Source: Camelus dromedarius (lineage: Eukaryota). From it: 64,000 nucleotides of DNA. Below are positions 14,366 through 23,880 of this stretch, in pieces; position 1 is the first letter of the stretch, and each line of letters opens with the position of its first letter. Under the pieces are notes generated by a model that did not search any database, was not told where the DNA came from, and was given only the letters and a program-made list of their open reading frames with translations. The DNA lies in NCBI RefSeq assembly GCF_036321535.1, contig NC_087450.1, forward strand, positions 9,176,001 through 9,240,000, written 5' to 3'. A program made the translations under genes and the position numbers.

Positions 14366-15673
14366 GCGGCGGCCGCAGCGGTCGCGGTAGCGCGTCCTGC
14401 TGCAGGTGCAGAAGCAGCCGGCCCGCGCGGTGCCGCTCCGCCTCGCGCTCCTCGGCCGTCTGGCGCCTGGGCGGGCGGAGACGCGGGGTCAGCGAGGCCG
14501 GCCCTCGCCCGCCCCGCGCCGCGCCGCGCCTCGCCTCGCCTCACCGCCACTTGGCCCGGCCCGGTCCCTCGCCCACCCCGCGCCTCACCGCCACTTGGTG
14601 CGCCGGTTCTGGAACCACGTCTTGACCTGCGCGTCAGTCATGCGCAGGGCCTTGGCCAGCGCCGCCCTCTCGGCCGAGGCCAGGTACTTCTGGCGCAGGA
14701 AGCGCCGCTCCAGCTCCAGCACCTGCGAGCGGGAGAAGGACGTGCGCGGCTTCTTCCGCTTTGGGGGCGTCCGGTTTTGGTAGGGGTGACCTATACGGCG
14801 CGTCCCGGAGAAGGGCGAAAGCGCGGCTACAGGGAGGAAGAAAGAGCAAGGCAGGGTTTTCGGGGCGGCCCGAGGTGTCACTGAGACGAGAGCATGGCTG
14901 CGCAGGCCGCAGAGTTCCCGCACCGCGTCCCTACCCCTGCCCCAAGCTCGGCCCCCCTAATCAGTAGAGGCTTCCAGACGAGAAAGGGCCTCGGAAACGC
15001 CCCCCACCTTGGGTGAGGGAGAGACGTCCCGGTAACTTCACCCTGCCCTCCCGGCGGTGTGGACAGCGGACTGCAGAGGAGGGCGCGGGTGTCGACGGCA
15101 GCTACCTCCCCAGCGCCTCTCAGCAGTGGGACCAAGAGATACAAGTTGAGGGAAGATCCCCTGGGATGAGGAGCGGAGGGTATGAAAGGGGACCTTGAGT
15201 TGGAGCAGAAGGATCAAAGATGAGGAAACCAGGTCAGTGTGGGCAGGATGCTGGAGGGATCGGGCAACCTTACCCGTGAGCCGGTCCTTGGCATAGCGGC
15301 GGCCGCTGTCCATCCAAGGGAAGGTGAGTCCCGCTAGGCCCCCGGCGCCGCCCAAGCCCGAGGGTCCAGGAACCGCAGGCGCGCCTCCCGCGGGCGGCTG
15401 CACTGGCAGCGGGCGGTGCGCTGGGACGCGGATCACGCCTCCCGGGCCCACACCAGAGCTGCCTGGTAGCGGAGCCAGCGAGCCCGCGGGGCCGTAGCTT
15501 GAGGCTCCGTGAAATCCACCCGAGAACGCCGCACTCTCCCCATGGCCCTGGCCGGCGCGACCCAGGCCTAGGCCGCTCCCGGGGGGTTCCGGGCAGCTCA
15601 GGATCTGATCGATGCCGAAGCTGATTGGCTCGTGGTGCGGGAGGTTGTGCGATGCCAGCACCGCCGGCTCCAT
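14366..15673 (-). CDS. TLX2: T-cell leukemia homeobox 2 (HOX11L1); end of exon 3 and stop codon fall in the N-gap 14234-14365
   Basis: Exons 15673-15274, 14826-14589, 14466-(gap). Eh1 motif ISFGIDQIL, hexapeptide FPWMD, homeodomain [59 protein letters not shown]. Confidence 0.97.
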
Positions 15674-18399
15674 GGGTCCAGGTCAAGGAGGACCGCAAGA
15701 GGTTTGGCGGTTGGGGACTGCGCCCAAACAGCTCTGGAGCCCAGCAGCGGAGCTCTCCGAGCGGTGGCCTCAGGGGCCCGCGGGGCTGGCCGCGGAGAGG
15801 CGCCGGGGCCCCCAGGACATCTTCATCCCTGTGTGCTGGGAGTTACCGCGCCCGTGCCGGCCTCTGCCGGGCGTCGGCTCAGGAACTCGCATCCCGGGGG
15901 AGCGCGACTGACCGGGGCCCCAGGAGCGCCCTTCCTAGCTTTGAAGTGCAGGTGGACGCTGGGCTGCCGGGGCCTCTGCCCGAGTCCGAGGTGGAGAGGG
16001 TTAGCCGGCTCCGGCTGGGGCTGTGACTGACAGATCAGCCTTGGGTGGGCAGTCGGGGCTGGGGGTAGGGCAGGGGCGGGGCCGGTCCCGTTAAAGGGGA
16101 AGAGACGCCTGTTTGCGCCCAGCGCTGGGAAGACTGGCCCGCGGGAACGGTGGGAGTGTTGGGGGGGGGGGTGGCGATGGTGTTTTGAACCAGGCTATGC
16201 ACGGGAGGGGCCCGAGCTTGGGCCATTGAGCGCTGAGTCAGCCGAGATGCGCAAGGCAACTCCATCCTCGCTGGCCTCTGTCTTTGGGCTTCCTCGGCCT
16301 CACCGACTTCTGCAGGTGCCTCGTCCCACAGCCCCCACTCTTCGCCTCCCGATGGGTCCTGCCTGACGACTCTCAGATTCGTTGTGGCCCCCGCCTAAAC
16401 GCTCTTGGAGACTAAATCTCGTTGTGACTTTCTGGCTGCGATGGAAAGAGGCTAGGGAACGGCACCGGCGAGTTGGAGGCCCGGGAAGAGGACAAGTGTG
16501 GGAAGGCGGTGGCAGGGCGTCTGGTGGGCTAGGGCGGGGAACAACTACTCTGAGCCAGTGACCATGGTGCACATCCTGGCCTCTCCCGTAGCGCCCCTAG
16601 CTCCTTACGGGAGCGTCAGTAATGGGTGCCCAGTGTTTCTTAGAATTTTGATTTTCTGAAATCGGTGTAAAAAGGACCAGTGGCTGAACCTGGGTCAACT
16701 CATGTCGGTGAGGACTTGGGGCTGGCGTTCAGCCCCCGAATGGGGACGACCAACGCAAGACTCTGCCCCTGTGCCTAGGAAGTCTATTCTCACACACTCT
16801 GGCCCCTCCAAAGACAGGAGGATGAAATCGCCACAGGCGACATGTGGGACCTCACCTAAGTCTTCAGAGGATCCCAACCGCCTCATTTGGCATAGATGCT
16901 TCACCCCACCCAAGCCCAGGAAACCGTGCCTGGAGCGTGTCAGAGAAAGGAGGTGGGGAAAGACGAAGCCGCTCGGTGACCTTGTGACCTCTGGCTGCGG
17001 ACCCAGGAGCTAAGAGTGTGTGAACTCTGCATCCTTCCCCGGAATGGGACCCCGGGCCGGCCGGGCCCCTGCGCCTTAGACCCGCCCCTGCCGCCACCCG
17101 GCCCGGTGCAGGCCGCCATAATCGGGTTAGCTGGGTCGGAATTACATTACCTTCCCCGGCCCGCCCCGGCCCTGGGATGGGGGGTTGGGGGGGCTGGCGC
17201 CTCCGAGCCGGTGAGACTGGGCGCCTGGAGGGGGATGTTCCTACCATCCCTTGAAGGGTGGGCACCGAGGAGCAGCTTGGCCTGCGTCGGACACGTGGTA
17301 GCCAAAGGACCCCCGCCCTTGTGCCAGCCCTAGCCCCTCGACCCCAACCCACTCTGGTGCCGTGGTCCAGGCTGCCCGATACCCTTGTGAGCCGAAATGC
17401 CTTCTGAGGCTAGTGGATAGGTCTCCCTGGGAGCACGGATCTTCCGGTTCATTCTCCAGGATTTCCCAGGAAAAACTCTGCCCCTCCTTTCTCCCCAGCA
17501 GATGGGCTGGCAGCCTGGCGCCTAGGGCAGTGTAAGGGGTCTTTTCTCTCCAGGGAACCAGGAATGATATTTGGGCATCTGGGCAGGAAGAAAGAGAAGA
17601 GAAAGAAGGCAGTGGGGTTTCTCCCCACACAAAGCCAGCAGTCCCTCAGTGTTCTCAGAAGCTTCAGTTTGAAGGGGGTGAATGATGGGGGAGGGAGGGG
17701 TGAACATTAATAATATGTGACATCCTCCTCCAACCTTGTCCACCTCCATCATCCAGTTTCTCCAGCCCTTCCCCTTCCTACCAACAGCCACCTTCTAAAA
17801 GGGGTGGGGGGGGGGTCCTACCACTTTAGCAGCTGTTTTTGGTGAAGAAGATGACTCCTCCCCTAAGCCTTTACAGAACTCCAAGCACCTTTTCTTGGCA
17901 GCAGTGGAGGGGCTGAGGCTACTAGGGAGCATGAGTCCTCTGCCGCTCAGGTAAACACTTCGGAGGTATCATGGGCTAGATTCCCCCAGATGAGACCAGA
18001 GAGCCTAGGGAGACAGTGAAGTAAATAAAGTATCCGAAGAGGGGCTGGCCTGCATGTTAGGAGTTTGCCATTGCCTTTTCCCACTCTAGCGGTGGGCCTC
18101 TGGTTAGACAGATTGGAGGCACTCATGTGTCTCTAATCAAGCTGAATATATCCTTCTCAAATGAATCAGTGACTGAATCAATGAAGGTGAAAAAGGCAGC
18201 ATCGTGCAGACCTGTATGTCTGCTTACTGTACATCCTACCTTTTGAGGTCAGCACAGATGGCACTGCCACACAGAGATTGCCCAAATGATTGATTCCTGG
18301 AGGAGAATGGTCACAAACCCAGTAATATACATCTTCTGAGGAATATATATATATATACAGTGCTCCACTTCAAGGCCAAAGACATCCAGTTCTGTCAAC

Positions 18400-19960
18400 C
18401 ACAGTCCTAGGAATTTCTCTGCTTGCCTCTTGCCGATTTCCTGATTCTCTGAAAAGGATGGTTCCCACTAGTTTATGTTGAAGATGGAGGCTCTGGGGTC
18501 AGCACCTCCACCTCCCATACACACTGCCTTGGATCCATCTCACCACATCCTTCCTACATGCACATGGCCACTCAACTCATCAAGTTTTCATGCCTTCAAA
18601 CCGCAGCTTCACAAGGAGAGGCCATGTTCCCAGCCTGTGCTCCCGCGTCTTCTCTTCCTTTCTGCTCCTGATCTGGTGTCTTTCCCTCGAGATGGTCCCA
18701 ATTCTTGTATCATCATTTCTCTCATCAACTTAGTCCTTCCTACCCACAACTGTTTTAGGTCTCTATTATCTGAACGAAGTCTTTGCCTAACTCTTCAAGA
18801 GAAATTATGTTTTTCTTTTTCCCTTTTACTGCCCATACCCACGGCCTCCCTTTCCTCATTATTTATTCTTTTCACCCACTGCAAGCTGGCTTCACTATGT
18901 GGACCCTTTCTCAGAGAGCTCCAGTGTCCGGTGTCTATTATCCGGAACTTCTCTGAAACAGTTTTTGGTGTTGCTGACCATCAACTATTTCTTAAAATGT
19001 CCCTTCTTTTAGCTTCTGTAATATTGGTCTTATTCTACATCTTTAGACATTTACAGTCAATACTTATGTTTTCCCTCCACTGACTTTTCTTCTTCCACTG
19101 AAGACTGTGAACATTCTTCAGAGCTCAGACTTCAGCTTTACCCATCTCTACATCAGTTCAGGTTTCACCCACTCCAATAGTTCCATCTATTACATTTACC
19201 AAGAAAACTCTCAGACCTCTGTCCCTGGTTCTGACATTTGCTGTACTCCACCCCACCATTCTAGTTTTCAGGTCAGCTCCATCTGCTTTTGCTGTAGCCA
19301 CCTTAAGTGCAAAAGGCTGGAGGACATGCTTCCCCTCAAGCTCCTTATTCACTTCCTCTTATTATTCTTTCCTTTGAAATGTTTCATCTATATCCCTTCC
19401 TTTCCATTTCCACAGATAAAAAGGCTAATGTAGGCCATCATCACCACCATCACCTACATGCATGTATTCATCCAGAAAATTTTGATTGAACACCTACTAT
19501 GTGCCTGACACTGGAGATACAGCTGTAAATACAACAACAACAATCACTGCCATTGAGCAGTTTACATTCTAGTGGGGAAGGCAGGTGAAAAACAAGAAAA
19601 TATATAAAACATGCTTAATAATAAAAATGCTAATAAAAAAATAAAGCAAGGAAGGGGAAGAAGAAGTGTAAGAGTGGGGAATTATGATTTATCTAGACTG
19701 ATCACAGAAGGCCTCATGCAGTAAAAACCAAAAGGAAGAAAGTGACCATTTGGATATCTGAGCATTTCAAGTTGGAGACACAGTGGGAATATATCCTAGT
19801 GTATCTGTGGGACAAACAGTGAGGGATCCAGTGTGGCTGGAGAGACGCAGTGACTGCAAGAGACCATGAAAGGCCTTGACCGCTGTAAGGAGTTGGGTTT
19901 TTATTCTAATTGAAAAGGGAAGCTATTGCAAGGTTTTAAACAGAAGAGTAAGGCAACTTA
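18400..19960. mobile_element. Cluster of old L2 fragments
   Basis: Pyrimidine-rich L2-like body 18400-19450, then an opposite-orientation L2 end (ATTCATCCAGAAAATTTTGATTGAACACCTACTATGTGCCTGACACTGGAGATACAGC, about 19465-19530) and purine-rich L2-like sequence; approximate. Confidence 0.55.
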
Positions 19961-19964
19961 TTTT

Positions 19965-20135
19965 CAAATTTTATTTTAAACAGCTTCCTTAAGGTAAAAT
20001 ACATACAATAATCTATATATATTTAAAGTGTACAGTTTGATAAGTTGACATGTTTACACCCATGAAGTCATCAACATAATCAAGATAATAAATATCCATC
20101 AACTCAAAAGCTTTCCTTGTATCCTTTTTTGTATG
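19965..20135 (-). mobile_element. L1M 3' UTR fragment
   Basis: TTTTATTTTAAACAGCTT...ATTTAAAGTGTACAGTTTGATAAGTTGACATG...ATCAAGATAATAAATATCCATCA is typical of the reverse-oriented L1MB/ME 3' end. Confidence 0.65.
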
Positions 20136-21597
20136 TTTTTACCAGAATCACTCTGAACTGCTACGTTGAGTATAAGCTAAAGAGGGGTAAAGAAAGGAGG
20201 CAAGATGCCACTGTAATTATCCAGAAGAGAGGTGATGGCATCTCGGACCAGGGAGATAAGCAGTGGCTGTAGTGAGAAGTAGCTGATTAAAAACTCACTA
20301 AACTCATAACTTCCTGCTGCTTATCCACTCTAATTCACTCTGAAGACAAATGAACAAATATGTTTCTTTCATAGGATAACTCCCTCCCTACAAAAACGTA
20401 TTTTAGTTACCTAGTGCCCTCAGGCTATAGTCCCAATTCCATAAGGCCCTGCTGCTTCGATCCCTACTCTCAAATCTACATCTTGGCCTCCTTATATTCC
20501 CGCTCCTTTCATTCCCCTCCACTTTGCCTTTCTTTTCTATTCCCACCACACTTCTCACCCCTACCCGCACCCCTAGTCTCTAAATTTTACCCACACAAAT
20601 CCCACTTCCTCCTGAAAGTCTTTCAGGGTCTCTACTGGGATCTCTCCTTTCTTGAGTCTCCAATTGCACTTGATGTTAATACTTCATAGTAATCTTATCT
20701 TTTTTTTTTTTTTTTTGACTCATAGTAATCTTATCCTTGTTTTGTTTTGTCTCGTTTTCTAATCTCTGTTTTGCCCAGGGACATCGATGTACCAGCTCTA
20801 GGGCCCCGACGTCCTCCCCAAGTACAAGACTGGGCCTATGCTACTGCAGAAGCTCTCTGCCTCAGCGTGTCTGTGTGCGGTAGTGTCCTAGCCGTCCTCC
20901 CCTCCTCCTTGGGCATCTGCTCTGCATTAGTCTGTCCCAGGCCTCCGCAGGCGCCGGTGATTGAATCATCATCATTAACCAGGGCCTGCCCCCCCTGCCC
21001 CAATTCTCGGCGGCAGCGGGGAAGAAGGGGCGGGGGTAAGATCACTACCAAGTCCCTGGAGGTCCCTCCCTCCCCGCCACCCTCTCCGAGATTTCGCATA
21101 GCCCCAAGAAACTCCCGCTGTGGAGCCGGGAGAAGGCCCGCCATCGGTATGAAGCTCCGTAACGCGGACGCGTCAGCCGAGGAGGGCTGCACTAGAAGTA
21201 GAAGGCCCGGAGGGGCTTCTTTAGCGGGGATGTCGTCACAGGAGATCGACGACCGTGAGCGGTGGCGGGCGAAGACCGCCGGGCCTGTCGGGGTAGAAGG
21301 TGGGGGTCTTTTGCAGGCTCCAAAAGTTAGTCCCGAGGTCGTGTAGGGTCTATTATGATGATTACTACAACAGGTCAATGAGATAGGACCCCTTCCTACG
21401 CGCCCCCTACTCCCTAATTACAGATTGAGGAGGGGGAGGGGCCAGTGAGGCTCAGGTGAGCGCACGGGGAGAAAGGGACGTGGGCGGGGCATTACAGAGG
21501 GTCAGCGAATCCGAAAAGACTTAAGCCTTCGTTGCGAAGCGACAAGTCCCGCCCCGCAGGCGGCACCGGAAGTGGCAGGCCAGGATCAGCCTTTAAG

Positions 21598-23797
21598 ATG
21601 GCGTCTCCTCAGGGGGGCCAGATTGCGATCGCGATGAGGCTTCGGAACCAGCTCCAGTCAGTGTACAAGATGGACCCGCTACGAAACGAGGTGCAGGGGC
21701 GGCAGGGTTATCACTGTGGTCGGCTAGCGGTGCGAACTGGGGCCGGCTAGAGGACGGGCGGTGGCTGGCCGAGCGCCCAGTGCGCCTGCGCAGAGGCAGG
21801 GTGCCCAATGCGCCTGCGCGATTGCGGTTGGGTTGCCAAACTCCGGGCTAGGACGCCTGCGCATTGTGCTGCCTACGTCTTGTAGTCTCCCCTGGGAAAG
21901 GAAAGTCGGGAGAGTCCACGTAAACCGAACCCCAGCTGTGCACGGAGCCCTCTGCCGGGCAGAAGGGGAGTGCCAGCCCTCGGGAGCTAATTCTCAGCTA
22001 ACCGCGCAGGGTGCGGGGCTTGGCCTTGGGATACAATGAGAGGTGACTTCTAAGTTGTGAAGGCACACGGGTTGGGGTTGGGGTTGGGTTTGGGGGAGTG
22101 ATCGTTGACCGAGGTTGTGTTTGCAGGAGGAGGTCCGAGTAAAGATAAAAGACTTAAATGAGCACATCGTCTGCTGCTTGTGCGCAGGCTACTTCGTGGA
22201 CGCCACCACCATCACAGAGTGTCTTCATACGTGTGAGTGCTCTGGACTCTGGCTGGTTCTTCCAGGCCCTACTCCCCGCCAAACTGGCTGCCAAACCGGC
22301 TGCCAAACCTCTAGGCTGCTTCCCCAACCACCCAGGCACCCCGACTCAGCCCATGAACTCGATTTCCAGAGGGCCTGAGAATCTACTTTTCTCTTCGTGC
22401 AGTCTGCAAGAGCTGTATTGTGAAGTACCTCCAAACCAGCAAGTACTGCCCCATGTGCAACATCAAGATCCACGAGACACAGCCACTGCTCAACCTCAAG
22501 CTGGACCGGGTCATGCAGGACATCGTGTACAAGCTAGTGCCTGGTTTGCAAGACAGTGAGTGACCAGCCTGACTTTGAGGGGTCTCTAGAGGGCTGATGC
22601 GGGGTGGCAGGTTATGGTGACAAGGGCTTTGGTGGGAATCATGCAGGTAAAGAGGCTGACAGCTAAAAGGACAAAGAGTGCAGGAGGGCCTCTACTTCCC
22701 ACACTCCACTCCCTTCTAGGTGAAGAGAAACGGATCCGAGAATTCTACCAGTCCCGAGGCTTGGACCGAGTCACCCAACCCAGCGGGGAAGGTATGTCCC
22801 TTGGTGGCAGGAGGGTAAGGTAAAGCCCCAGAGCATTCCTCCTGCCCAGTTTTGCTCCCTGGGGAAGAAGGAGTATGGAACATGTGCCACCCTCCTCACT
22901 ACTCCGTCTTTCTCAGAGCCAGCCCTGAGCAACCTCGGCCTCCCCTTCAGCAGCTTCGACCACTCCAAAGCCCACTACTATCGCTATGATGAGCAGCTGA
23001 GCCTATGTCTGGAGCGGCTGAGGTGAGGGGCAGGTCATGGACCATCTGAAGTGACAGTGACAATGACCCAGAGCCAGAGAGGGGCACAGGGTGGGACCGA
23101 GCAGTGAAGGAGTGTCTATTTCCCTTGAAGAGAGTATATCTTGGCTCTGGGTGGGGGGCAGGGGAAAGATAGGGCTCCCTAACCTGTGTCTGTTTCCCCT
23201 CAGTTCTGGCAAAGACAAGAGTAAAAGCATCCTGCAGGTGAGAGGGGCTGAAGGGAGGGGCTCTCTAAGGAGACTTACCTCCCCATGGCCCTTCCCTCAC
23301 ACACCTTGTCCTCTTCCTTTCCCTTCTGACCCCCCAGAACAAATATGTCCGATGTTCTGTTAGAGCTGAGGTTCGCCATCTCCGGAGGGTCTTATGTCAC
23401 CGCTTGATGCTGAATCCCCAGCATGTGAGTATTCCCACAGCAGGGTTTTCTGGGGCAGGGGAGAAGGGACTAAAAAAGGAGGAACACAGTCTGGGGTAGA
23501 CCAGGGTAGTTCTTGACCTACACAGGAGGAGAGTTCCTAAAACTGTGCCCCCATCTCCCGCCTAGGTGCAGCTCCTTTTTGACAATGAAGTTCTCCCTGA
23601 TCACATGACCATGAAGCAGATATGGCTCTCCCGCTGGTTCGGCAAGGTGAGCCAGTGCCAAGGCAGTCCCCAGGGCAGGGGTGGGCTGAGGCGGCCTTTT
23701 GGGTAGGAACGTTCCTGCTAACTACCTCCTCCCCTTGTTCTCTCCTTAGCCATCCCCTTTGCTTTTACAATACAGTGTAAAAGAGAAGAGGAGGTAG
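21598..23797 (+). CDS. PCGF1: Polycomb group RING finger 1 (NSPC1), 259 aa
   Basis: 9 exons: 21598-21690, 22127-22232, 22403-22555, 22720-22791, 22917-23022, 23204-23237, 23338-23424, 23566-23646, 23750-23797 = 780 nt. C3HC4 RING ([25 protein letters not shown]...CPMC) and RAWUL domain. Confidence 0.98.
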
Positions 23798-23874
23798 GGG
23801 CCAAGCCCCCACCCCACCCCTCCCCCTTCCCTCCCAGATATTTATGTGAAATTAACCTCGGCTTTATTTTTTGA

Positions 23875-23880
23875 AATAAA
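23875..23880 (+). terminator. PCGF1 polyadenylation signal AATAAA
   Basis: AATAAA 78 nt after the stop, with a U-rich downstream element. Confidence 0.8.

Noticed and set aside
13675-14625. 316-aa plus-strand ORF
   Set aside because: Spans an N-gap and is antisense to TLX2 exons 2-3; its length is inflated by unresolved bases.
18475-19083. 202-aa Leu/Ser/Phe-rich ORF
   Set aside because: Pyrimidine-rich L2-like remnant; the composition comes from the repeat and shows no coding signal.
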